Shown here one piece after another: positions 13,131 through 26,311 of a DNA stretch of 64,000 bases. This stretch comes from Auanema rhodensis. Lineage: Eukaryota; Animalia; Nematoda. The notes under the pieces are model-generated. The model was given only the letters and a program-made list of their open reading frames with translations, did not search any database and had not been told where the DNA came from. The stretch is from contig OZ059894.1 of NCBI GenBank assembly GCA_964057225.1, forward strand, positions 6,076,001-6,140,000. The letters are read 5' to 3'. A program made the translations under genes and the position numbers. Position 1 is the first letter of the stretch. Every line of letters starts with the position of its first letter.

Positions 13131-15764
13131 GTATTTATGTATATCTTGATATATAAAAAATACTTTATATGGTTTTGTTGAAATTAAATTATTAGAAGAA
13201 GAAGAAAAAAAGCAAAAAAATAAAATAAAAAAAACTTTTTATCAATTTGTATCAGTTTATGATATTATTTTTGAAAATAAATCCTAATATATTATTTTTA
13301 TAACTGTCATTAACTTTTAATTATTGTAAAACATTTTTTTTCCTGTTGGTGCAGCAAAACTTAATTTCTTTTGTCGCTTTATCTTTCACTCTTTCTTTCC
13401 TTTTAAGGTAATTAGCTTTGTTCAGTTATTCCTTTTACAATTCAGTATGGAAGGATTTTAAAAAAGAAAATAAAACGATGAAGTATATTACAAAGAGAAG
13501 AATAAAAAAATAAAATAAAAAATAAGTTCAACCGTTCTATATGCTTTTTTTAAAATAAAATGACTTCAAGTTCACGTAATTTTCAAGAAGTGATTTCATT
13601 CAATGACGTCTATATATGCAGATAAGAACAAAAAATAGAATATTATACTATAAAATAAAAAAAATATTTTTTGAATGAAGCTAAAAGTAAAAAATGAAAC
13701 ATTGATATTGTTTCTTTCATATTTGCATGCATCTATAGTTAGTATATGAAAACATGACTCGGCAGTTTCGTGACATATATCATTCATTTGAACATCCAGT
13801 TAACTATACATACACATACATAATTTGTGAAAAGATATATAAATTTATATAATTTTTAAAATTTATTAATTAAATGGAAAAAAAAGAAAAGTTGAATGTA
13901 TTCTTTTGAACTTTTTTTTTTTTTTTTAAATTATAAAAAATTTGTTTTAATTAAATATATTTTACTGTTTTTTCTTTCAATTTGTTTATATGTATATATA
14001 TTGTTCTCAAGAAAGAACAGGTAGAGAGGTAGATATACAAGTATATAGGAGTGAGAATAATGAAAAGATTCTGATAGGAAATCAGAGAAAAATTAACCGG
14101 AACAGATGGTGCAAGAATATGAAACAACCTTGAATAGAAAAAACGAATAACATTAGAATTTTTTCCGAAAATTATTGAAAAACAGGAATACGGAAAGCGA
14201 CAATACTTTTCCAATGTCTGTGTTTCAGCCAAAACATCAATTCATATCATTAAGCTTATGTTTACGCAGTAAATGCCAATTTTTTGAACGAGATGTATTT
14301 GGTTAATTGAGTGGATGAAGAAATAAGATAAAAATGATGACGTTGTAATTCTCATTATATCAAAAAAATGAAAAAGTATAAGATGTCATCATCAAATAAT
14401 TTCATAAAAATTCAAAAAAATATACTTAACTGATTCACAATGATGTACAATGAAAAAAATCAAGGAATATATGAGTGCATACTGGATATTTCCTTTTTCT
14501 TCGCACATTGAGCAAATGAATAAGAAGAAGGCAAATGAGTGAGAGAATCACGAAAAAGGGTGTGAGAAGAGAAATGATGATCTAATGATGATTCCCATTA
14601 TCTAAAACTCTCATCAATATAATGGAAACTATCGCAGTGTAAATGGTGATATTCTTATTTTCCAATGAACTTTTATGTTTTTTCCTATTCACATATGCTT
14701 ATGAGCTTTCAGTCACAGTGCAACTGATTACTGGTCTTGTCTGTCGTTATGCTTGATACATGATGGTTGTAGCTGTTGCACGAACCACAGACAGAGCTTG
14801 CTGCTTTACTAAGCCTTCATGATATTACGTGGGCGGGGTTTCAACACAACGATTATAAAGATGTATTCAGAGTATTTCTTCTTATTATGGCACTGTTGTG
14901 GTTAACGGCATTATTATAAACAAGGCTACATTCTTATAAAGTTGATCGTGTTGGATGCTGCTGTCATATTTAGATATTCATTTTATCATGGGAGCAAACA
15001 GCGTCACGACAGGTGATATCACCTATCGGTGCTGCTAATCAGCGTGAAAAATTCATTTCTTCATACTTCTGAAGCTGTTTGTTACTTCTTCGTGGAAGAT
15101 ATGCAAACACAACATTTATGAGAACGAGGATTTCTTTATGTCAACTGAATGATGACACTAAACATCAAACTGAATGAAAATGAAAATGTTGTAGACTGCA
15201 AACTTAATGCATTGATATACGCAGCTTTCTAATAAATTGCAAATGTTTTTCATATAATTAATATAAAAATGAGGAAAAGCTTGATAAGTAAGTAAAACTT
15301 ACTTGTGAAAGGACCCAGGAGGTCTCAATGAAATACAATTAGTTTGTTCTTTTCTTTCTATACTTTGCTAAACTAAACAAAGCCTAAAGGCTATATTGCT
15401 TTTTTTCAAGCTCATTCTCCAAATATTTAAAAAAAAGGATGTATATATATCATAAATATAAAGATTGTTAAATAGAAAAAAAAGAGAAAAAAAAGTAAAG
15501 AGATGAGAGTAGAAAACGAAACTTCGTTAGTTTTAGTAGGATTTAGAATTCTATTTAAAAGTCACATGCTCATCTCTTTAAATTCCATTAGACGATATAG
15601 TGACAAGCAAGTGAAGGTTTACAGATGCTGTCATCTTTGAATTAAAATAAAAGAATTGTTAGTGAGCAAAAAATGAAGTCCAATAACTAAAATGCAGTAG
15701 CATGAAGTAAAAATAAGAGAAACCGCTTTTAGTGAAAAATATGAAAGTTTTAAATCAGAAAACG

Positions 15765-15960
15765 TCATTTGCAGTTGCTTGTTGGGGTCGTCGACGACGA
15801 CGTCGACGAGCAAGCCGAGGCGAGTAGGAGGCCCTCGGCGGGCTTTCAGCCGATCGATCAGTTGCCGGCCGGATGGAAGCCCTCAGGGCTGGGCCACGGA
15901 TCTGACTGAAAATGGAATGAAAGACATAGTGAAAAAGAAAGTGGGACTGGCAGACGGTTA
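15765..15960. promoter_or_regulatory. GC-rich island upstream of egl-3, probable promoter/enhancer
   Basis: Abrupt GC/CpG-rich block in very AT-rich intergenic DNA. Contains ATCGAT (15853-15858) and palindromic AGCCCTCAGGGCT (15878-15890). Confidence 0.45.
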
Positions 15961-18900
15961 AAGATGTGGAGATACAACATGAATGAAAGAGAGGGTGCAG
16001 ACGTGTGTTATGCTTCGAGACGATAAAGAGCATGGTGTAGGGGCAGAGAAACGGAGCATGAGCAGGGCAGGGAGTGATCAGCGAAGAAGTAGTAAGAAAT
16101 GAAAAAATAGGTAGAGAGAGCTAGGGAAAATAAAGAATGTCGAGAGATCAGAGAAATTGAGATAGAGAGAATGTTCGAATGTGCTGCTGAACGACGGCAT
16201 ACGTGCCAATGCTTCTCATGCTGTCTTTTCCTCTTCAGTTGACGTTCTCTTTCGCTCAACTTCCCTTTTCAGGCAAAGACATTGATTAGGCTTTTCATCT
16301 CTTCCTCTTTTCGTTGCTCTAGTTCTCAATGTCTTTGCTTGTCTGCTCTCTCTACAGTGTTGTATTCAATACTAAGCTTTCTCAAGTAATAAGTATTCAA
16401 CAGCCTGTCTTCAAGTAAGGCTATGCTATTGCCTTTTGAGTTTTCACGCTTCCTCTCGTTCGAAAGCGGATCAACGTCATTTGGAAAAAAAGAAAAAAGA
16501 GAACCAAAGAGAGTCCCTACACACCCTTCTCATGCGTTGTGAGCTCAGTTTTGCCATTTTCGATCTTCCTCTTTCTACCATACTCTGTCTGTCTATGTTT
16601 CTTCCTCTTTCAGATTCATAGTTACTACAACTCTCTCTTTCTCTTTTCTCTCTTACCCTCCTTGTATATTTCTGTCTGTGTCGTCTCTATCTAGTTATTC
16701 AAGCTAGCAACGTTCATTGGAACATAGCCTGAGGGAGCATAAGAAGATTTTCCAAGAAACCGAAAGTAGATCATATAATTCGCTTTCAGCTAACAAGACG
16801 AAATATGTTATAGAAGAGCATTAACGTACTTCAAATGACATAAAGGTTATGAAAATAACATACAAATCTAAGGGAGGCTTGAGAGTCGAATCAATTTAAA
16901 ATAATTGCAGTCAAGACATACGCACATAACCATTATAACCATGTAGGTTTGAGAGAAATTATAAACTAATTTACTTGAGTAGACTCAATGTACAAGAGAA
17001 ACAAATGAAAAATTGAATCATAATGAAAGAAACTGAGAAAAAAACATTGAATTACGACAATTTCAAAAGAGGAGTATTGTAAAAATGTTGTCATGACGTA
17101 TACTGTAGATGAAAGATTGGAAAATGAAAGAAGAAGAAGAAGAAACTGAACCTTATCTCAAGTCTACTGTAATGATAAGAACAGATTATAATGAATTTCA
17201 TAAGTTTTAGGAATAGAATAATATAATATTGAATTTGAAAAATAAAAATGAGATTTGTGCCCTGGTTTTAATTGAAATAAAATAGTTAAAATAAGAAAAA
17301 ATATACATATATAAATATAGATAAGTCTGTAGATGTAGAGAGAAAAAGAGAAGAAAAAGAGAGTATATAAAAATAGAGAGAACAAGATGATCGTTTTGCA
17401 AATACTCAAGATGAAATGAGAAAAATAAAGATATACATATAAAGAATATGGAATTAAATATATGAATAGGCAAAAATATAATAAATAAGAATATTATATA
17501 AAGATTTGAATATTCTTTACTTTATATATTTAAAATATTATAATTTGAAAAGTTTCAAATGTAAAACTGGAAAAGAAAACATGTTTGAGAGGATTTGAGT
17601 TGATTATTAAATAATAAAAAATATATATTATAATTCTATCATATATGTTTATAAAGAAAAAAATACAATTTATTAATATAAAAAAATAAACAAAACGTTT
17701 CATTCAACCTAGAATATAGCTAGTTAGTTTATGCAACTATGCATATGTATGTACATACATACATATTTGACTTTTAAAAATGGTTTTGCTTCAAATTTTC
17801 ATAAAAATTTGAAAAGAAAAAATATTATTTAGATGTATGTTTCAAAAAAATATTTCATTCAACCGATGGATCTGCTAACAGACTGAAAATGAAAAGCGGA
17901 TGTTGACGTGATGCTCACGTAGTCACGTGAGCTTGGCTAATGAGGTGATTAGAAGATTTTTTAATGAATACATGTAGATATCTGCATATATTCGTATTTT
18001 CTTCAACGAAAACGCGTCGATATGAAAATTTGAAGAAAAAACAATTTTATAAAACATATACTACATTCGTACATGTGAACATTAAAAAAATATATAATTA
18101 TATTTTGAAAAATTATTATTAAATTTAAAAATATCTATTTTTTTATTTTATTGTTGATAATATAATTATACTAAATCTTTTTTTTCTAAGATGTGTATAT
18201 AAAATATAATTTTACTATAATATACACATGCATATACATATCGTAATGTAAAAGTAATTTGAATATAATAAAAAGAAATAATATAATTTTCAAGCTTATA
18301 TGTATTGATGCTGCTATAAACGTTGATGAAGCTATGAATTGGAACCATCAATGCTGCAACCAACGACTAACTTCCGGTTATAACTTCTTTTTTGCAATTA
18401 ACATTCATCTATTGAATTTGAATTTGATTTTACTTTTTTTTTCTGTTTTCATGTTGACTGGAATATATTTATATATGCATGTACATATATATATATATAT
18501 ATACATATATCGTTTTACTTTTATTTATAATAAATATAAATAATGAAATATAATTAACAGATTTTTATTTATTTTTTAATAAATAGTATAAGTGAAATAA
18601 ATATTCGTGTATTATTTATAAATATAAGTAGATATAACAACAATATGTAAGCTTATAATCTTGTTGACAATAAACCTGACGAGGTGTTTATATGTTCCTT
18701 AAAAAAAATAAGGAAAAAACAAGAAAAATGAGGTTATTGATTAACATGGTGTTGAATATTTTAAATATAAAATATATGTATATTCATATTTCAAATATAA
18801 ATACATATGTATGTATGCTACTATTGAAAAGGTTCTGATATTGTTGTAGAAAAAAAATGTTTTTAAACTATTAACAACGATTTTTGAATTTTCATATTTT

Positions 18901-21598
18901 CAAACTTTATCTTCTTCGACGTGTTCACAGAAGATGCACAAAAGATTCTCAGAAATAAAAACATTTAATTGGAAACGATATGAGATGGTTACGTACATTT
19001 TGAGTTTTTTGATTTGCAATCATTTAAAAATAAGTGAGATGATATGATTTAACAAGATAATCAGTAAGTATGGAAAAAATGATATCATTAGTATACGAAT
19101 AATTGAGTTGAAGAAATAGAAGAAGAGAATAGCAATCAAAGATTCTTTTGCCCTTTCAAGGCATATATGAGGATGATATTACTTTTCTACTCAATAACAA
19201 AAAAGGAAAGTGGAATATATGAGATATTAAGTAGAATGAGGGAGGAGAGAGAGCAAAGAGGGGGAGATTCAAATGAAAAAAAAGAAAAGAAATAAAGAGT
19301 AGAATGAAAGGTAAAAAAAGAAAAAAAGGAAGAGCCAAATAATAGATAACCAAGAAAGTCTATCTATGAAAAATAATAGATGATGAAGACATAGGATACG
19401 TTTTTGGAAATGAATTGCAAACGAGCAGAAATGTCTAAGCTCAAGCTCAAAGTCGAATCTCATTTAATCGGCATCCTTGAAATATTGAAATTTTTCACGA
19501 AACTCAATCTTATTATTATAATTAGAATTTCTTTCTCCAAAAAATATTTTTAAAACCAAATAATTCCAGTATTCTATAAATGAAATTAAGAAAATGTATA
19601 TTAAGATGCAATTACTTCGATATTTTCAAAAATAAAGTCATTATTTATGTCAACTTTAGAAGAAAAAGGTTGCAACTTGCAGCATGAAGCATGCTATTTC
19701 AATTGTGAATGGATAATTTACCTTTTTCTTCAAATATGTGAAATTTTCTAGAAAATACTTTCCCCTTTTTCATATAAATGAACTTTTAAATTTTTATTTT
19801 GTATATGGACTGACATTGAAGTTTCCAAAATGTACATATAGCTCAGGATTATCTTTATAATCAAAGCAAAATCTGTTTATGAGATATAATTGATGTTCTC
19901 AGAATTGAATAAGTGTGATCGTCATATGATTCTATCTGCTCCATCACATCAAGCTCAAAATCCCACCAATTGCTTATTTTAGCTCAAAGATAGAGATGTT
20001 CATTCGAAATGCTTTTCCATCACGTGTTGAATCGTCAACAAAAGTCTTACAACTCGAAAATCTTGAAGGTACTTATCCTAATCTTTCTCTGAAAATTAGT
20101 CACGTCAACACAATGCTCCAGAATTCATAAATAGCTCATAGCAATTCAAAAATATTTCAGTGTTTTTGTGCTCAATACAGTAATAACTCACGATTCATGG
20201 ATAATTTATACGAAATCTTATATATTCCTAATACATTTGTACTATAACTTTAAGCTAATTCTATTATATTCATCATATAAAATGAAATGTTAAACAACAT
20301 TTGTATTAATAGTGACTCAATGATTTTTTTTATTTAATTGAGAAAAAGTAAACTTAAATTCTGAATTTTAAAAAAAAATGAAAAACAACAACGATATATT
20401 TGAAAATTCGTATTTACTATCAAATACTACTGAAATTATAAACAATATTATGACTTTTTTTCAGATGGAACTTGTTATTTTTTCAAGCAGAGCATTGATA
20501 ACGAAAATATGAGCAAATTTGACATAAATATACAACAAGAAAAAAAAAGAAAATAGATAAATATAACAAGTTATATATATATATATAAAACAAAATATAA
20601 AATAAATCTTATATTATATTAAAATAATATAAAATATTTAATTTATTACTGAGAAATAAGCTGAATCTAATATCAAGTTCAGAAATAAATTGAACTTATT
20701 TTATATTGTTCGTCTGAATATGTTAACGAACGGCTGGAATTTGTAATTTTGGCAAATATTTTGCACTTCTTTTTCATTTAAAGTAATAAGAAAGTTTGTA
20801 ATCATTATATCATAAGTTTTAACAAGTTCTTGATAGTTTAAGTTTGACGTTATGTGTAAATTGATGATGAATACACATAAATCTATATTTATATATGCTC
20901 TTTGTTATTGATATGATATCACTTTGTTTGTTTTTATGCAAAAAAAGAGAAAATTAAGTATGAAGATAAGTTTCATCTTATCAGAGAAGTTGAAAGATTT
21001 GTTCTTCTCATCAGATCAGTCATATATCTTTCACAGAAATGGAAGAAATACTATTGTACTTATCCCTCATACATGACTTGATCTATGTTCTGTTTTACTT
21101 GTTTTATCACTGGGAAGGTTAGCTTATCTCTTCATGTTGCTCTCTGCTGCTTACCTACTTCTTATACATCATAGCTTGGTTACCGTAATTACTCACATCT
21201 CCTTATGTTATGTTTCGTCTTCTCATCATTGTTAGTTCTGTTGGATGTTCGTATAATCTCTCTCACTTATCCTAACGTAACATGTGTTATCATTCCCAAT
21301 ATATCCATCTGAAGACAACTTCACCATCCACATCCTCACGTACTCCGCCTTTTTTTGTTTGACTATAAGTTGTCTGATCCTGTGTCAATAACCGCCTACT
21401 CTCAGCCTGTCTTGTATATAAGCTTGGCGATTCTCTATTCACATCTATCAAATCTCTATTCATTCAAACGTACAGACACTGTCTAACTTCTTGACAGACA
21501 TCCTTGCCTTGGCTACAGTCTTGACGTTTGATCATTTCACGCCCACAGCTAGTGTATTTGGTTGATTTATACAACGAAATACTATAACAAAGTTCACG

Positions 21599-21909
21599 AT
21601 GGAAATGAAGAAGGAAAAGGTATTTTTCCTGTTTTCTCAGCTTATATCTAATTTCTTTTTTTCAGGTCTTTGGAGCTTATTATGATGAAGACAACAAACT
21701 TCGCTTTTATAACTGCGTCCCCGTTAAGGTAAGACTATCTAATCTTCAACGGATCTGATGCTTTCATGTTCCAGGTCAAAGTAAGCAAGAAGAAAGGTTT
21801 TGAGAATGGTAGTCCCATGAAGAAAAATATATTCGGACGCATCTTCAAAAGCACTGATTCTGGATCAGAATTATCAATTGATTCCAATGCTACCAATTCG
21901 TCTAAGTGA
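21599..21909 (+). CDS. Orphan 72-aa three-exon microprotein
   Basis: Exons 21599-21619, 21666-21728, 21775-21909, joined by two 46-nt phase-0 GT-AG introns. Protein MEMKKEK-VFGAYYDEDNKLRFYNCVPVK-VKVSKKKGFENGSPMKKNIFGRIFKSTDSGSELSIDSNATNSSK. TATA box (tatataag) ~21415 and AATAAA at 22171. Confidence 0.75.
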
Positions 21910-23554
21910 ATGATGTTGCAAATTGAAGAACATACTGTGAAAATCAAGTATACAACTTGAAAACTTTATTCACATTGTACATATTCTGTTTCTTCTATAT
22001 CAACTATGCATTATTGTATATACACATTTATTTTTTTTCGGAAAAAGCCAATTTCTCACCCTCACCAATGATTCTATACATTCGCGCACCCCTCGGGATA
22101 TCATTATATATTTTTCTACTCATACATGATTCAGTTTGCCAGATGTTCGTTTTAGTTTTTTTTTGTTTCAAATAAAATATATTATTTTATTATTACTCTT
22201 CTAGATAGATAGATATATATTTCATGATAATTGAGAAAAAAAACTAGTAAATCAAATGATTAGTCATCATCGTCTCAGGCTTCACTTCGGGAAAAAAAGC
22301 AACAAAGAGCTGTCAAATTTCAATTTGCGAACAAGGTGGAAGGGAGAATTACTTTCAAAACTAATAATATTATATCTCAGTGTTCTCTCACTTTTTTCAT
22401 TTTTAAAGGAATATTTGAAATCAATTTAAACACATGTTCTCAAGACTTTAAAAAACATTTTATTGAAATTATAATATCCTATCGGTTATTTAACATTTTT
22501 GTTAAATAAATTAATCAATGATTTATAAAAGTTTTCAAAATACAAAGATCATGAAAACTTAAAAAATAGAGTAAAAAGAAGACGAAATACATAAATAGAA
22601 CGTTATCTATGTATGTAACTCTATAAATTGAAAATAGTATTAACTATGTTTATACATTATAATCTCTGATCAGATTCATCAGGAACATTATGATGTTTAT
22701 CCATTTTACATGTCAAAATCAAGTTGCTCAAACAAAGTTTTACAACTACTAATATTTTCTTTGAGAAAAACTGTTGAAGATGAAAGTCGGAAGTACTTGA
22801 ACGCAATTGTTTCAAGTACATTTCCCTATAACACATGTTACTATAAATAAACAGAACAAACCTTGTAAAAAGTAAAAATTCACAAAGTAGACTATTTCAA
22901 ACGTCATATTGTTAATGATTAGAAGATATATCCTTTCGAGTAAGAAAAAAATAGAAAAAAATCTATTTTTATCAGCGAAAAACGGACGACGATAAGTTGT
23001 TCGTGCTTCAATGAAGTTCGAATGAATAAGTAGTTCGTGTTCTCTGTGTAAAATATTGAAGTTATTTACACCTACAACGTAGTTTAATAAAATAAACAAA
23101 AAAAAAATAATATTTTATAAAAGAATTCAATGTATTTCATTAAAAAAGAAAAAAATGTTTTATATGAATTTCCTATAAGCCTTATTAGCATATCGTTAAT
23201 ATCCAGTTTCAATTATCATTTCATTTATCATTATTGATGTGTGCGGTTGATTCACGCATCATTATTTTAATTTCATTTTTATTTTATTCAATAATTGTTA
23301 TTTAGGTTCAAATCTTCTATATCATATTTTTTGAAATTTAAAACAAAAACTTGATCAATATTCACATTTGTATGGATTCTCTTATACGCAATTGGCAATA
23401 GGTAATGCGTCTAAAGAGTCGTTCGTATGGTCGTGATCTTCATCGACATTGAATCCGGTTCCAACTTCTTAAGGTTGATGTCGGTTGCCTTCTATTTCTA
23501 ATTTGGCGTTTTCGACAATTTGACATCAGACTAAATGATGATGAATAGCAAAGG

Positions 23555-26238
23555 ATGTTAAATTTGAATTTATTAGTTATCTTTATAGATCTAATATATA
23601 TTTTAACTATAGTACTATCAGGTAAATTTTAATTTTAATTGTTTTTTTTATATTTTTTTTGGATTATATAACTATTTCATTTAAATTTGTTAGCTGAATT
23701 ACATATTGAAACAACATACTTGGCTGAAGATTATGGAATAGAAACTGATGAACATCCTCAATGTCGAGCATGGAAGCTATGGGAACGAACTAGGGTAATG
23801 ATGTTGTTGTATGCTTACTGATTCTTCTATTTATTTCAGAATGAGCACGTTGATTTAACACCACAAGATATTGATACATTATCAAGTCGTCGAACAATTG
23901 TTCAAATTGCAAATATCCGAGAAGCTGAAAGATATGAAATTCCTGAAGATTTACTATTAGAACATAAGGTTTTATAAAACTAATACAAGAGTATGAATGA
24001 TATTTCAGCCTATAATTGTGAATTTTGAAGAAATTTGTCGTTTACATCCACGTATACTACATATAACATCACGTCGAATAGCTGTTCGATATCGAGTTGA
24101 TACTAATAGATTATGTTTCACAGAGTTAAATGATACAGTAAGTTATATAAAGTATGATATCATTATATAAAATATTATTTTAGCTATTAATAAATGATCC
24201 AAATGAAAGAATTACATGGTTTAATGATACAATACTTATGTTAGAATATCAGCCTGATATGGATATTAACTTATTACGTATACATCAATCTATAGCTATT
24301 CATAAAGAAAACATCTGTACAAATTCAACTTTGGATGAACCGTTAGATATGCAATATTACAGAGGTTTTCAATTATTTTCGATCTAATTATATCACATTC
24401 TTTTAGAAAAATATGGTCAATTTGGTTTTGATATTAGTGTGGTAGGTGAGAATGTGGATAAACTAATCGAGCAATATCGCAATACTGCTCGAATTGATGA
24501 AGTTTTTAAGTATGTTTCATATATTCCCTTAACAAAGCTTTTAATGATTTGAAGGCTGTTTGAAGAAATGGCTATATCAGAACAAAGGCCGTTTCCTGTT
24601 ACTCAATTGATACCTTGGCTCAAATATGTAAAATATGATTCTAGGTACTAACTTTTTGAACAAAAAAAGTACCTAAGGTCTCTCCTTTTAGATCTCCTCC
24701 TGTAATATTTCAAGGAGAACAAGTCACAGTTAAAATGGGTTTACATATTCAATCTATGAGTAATTTTGAATTATCTACAATGGTGAAAAAGCTGAGAACG
24801 ACCTTGATTTTCATATATGTATTTAAGGATTATATTGTTGATGGATGGATACGTATGGCTTGGTTAGATCCTAGACTTCGTCACTCATTCAGCCGACCTG
24901 TTATCGTTAATGAATATAAATTTTTGAAAAAAATTTGGAGACCTGATCCAATTTTCAAAAATTCAAAAGCTTCTACTTTTCATATGGTAATATGTGTTAT
25001 TTATAGCAAAAAAAAACAATTAAAATGCAATACTTATTCAGGTTAGTAATTTAAACTTCTACATGTTTATATTTCCTGATGGCTTGATATTCTTGGATTT
25101 ACGTGTTCACCTTAAACCAACAGCTGGAGAAATTGTATTATGTAAATATCCACATGATAAACCAGCTTGTTCATTGAAGATAAGCTCACGTAAGTAAAGA
25201 AAATTCTTGAATGTTGTCAGTTTGAAATGATTTTCAGTTGGATTTACACAAGATGCCGTTCGATTTGAATGGTTCGCAGATCATCGACATGCTATTCGCT
25301 TGAACCATGATGTTCAAATTCCTGAATTAGTTCTAATTAAATACAGTGCAGAATACTGTGATGGGCATCGAAAGTCAGGTAATATTGTCTCTCGAACAAC
25401 AAAGGCAAAGATATGTTATTTAGGAAATTATTCCTGCTTACAAGCTAAATTCTACATGCAACGTCAAATTGGCTATCATATAGCTCAAACTTATATTCCA
25501 ACAGCTTTGTGTGTTTTATTCTCTATGATTTCAGTGTGGCTCCCAGAAGAATTCGTGGAGGGTATATCATTTATTTTAAATTTTTCAACTGAAATTATAC
25601 ATTTTTAGGTCGAATTTTTGTTTCATTAACAGTATTTCTAACTTTAAGTGCTGAAAGTAATGCTGCAAAAGAAGATTTACCTAAAGTTTCTTATATAAAA
25701 GTACCAAATTTTACATAATAATATTATTATTTTTATTATTTCACGTAGGCTATTGATATTTGGTTTGGTTTTACATCATCATTTGTTTTTCTAACTATGA
25801 TTCAAGCATTGCTTGTTATCTCATGTGAACATTGGAGTAGAAAATTAGTAAGTCAAATATATTATAAATTATTTTATCAAATATTATTTTCAGAAAAAAA
25901 AATGTGAAAAGAACAGTGATGAATTTAGCCGTTATAAAATTGCTCAAATGATGTTAAATAGTAGATATTATCATAAATTGGGAAGAAACTTGGATTCACT
26001 TTGCAAGGTTAGTGAGTTAAAGCTGAAATCGAATTTAGAGATGTGACTTCAAAAACGTTTCAGACGTTCAGATCGGTTGAAATTTGTGATTTATATATTG
26101 TTTTTGTTATATAATTAATTAGAATTATTTTTATTTTTACAGGTATTGTATCCAGTGTTCTTTATTCTTTTCTTAATGATTTATGGATTTGTTATAACAC
26201 AAGGAGATGAAGACAAATGTATTCAAAATAGTGTATAA
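23555..26238 (+). CDS. Divergent Cys-loop (pentameric) ligand-gated ion channel subunit with N-terminal extension
   Basis: Signal peptide MLNLNLLVIFIDLIYILTIVLS. Ligand-binding motifs WLDPRL and IWRPDPIFKNSK, loop C CDGHRKSGNYSC, M1 QTYIPTALCVLFSMISVWL, M2-M3 LPKVSYIKAIDIW, M4 LDSLCKVLYPVFF. Stop TAA ends at 26238. Confidence 0.92.
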
Positions 26239-26311
26239 TTTTATTATAATTATTATATTTTTATATTTTTACAAATATTATAGTTAGATTTGAACTTCTT
26301 AAGTTCAATTA

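Noticed and set aside
15755-16259. Arg-rich ORFs over the GC island
   Set aside because: Low-complexity translation of GAC/GTC repeats, with no convincing exon boundaries.
23443-23487. Hairpin atcgacattga...ttgatgtcggt upstream of the LGIC
   Set aside because: Only ~11 bp including wobbles; insufficient without folding or small-RNA data.
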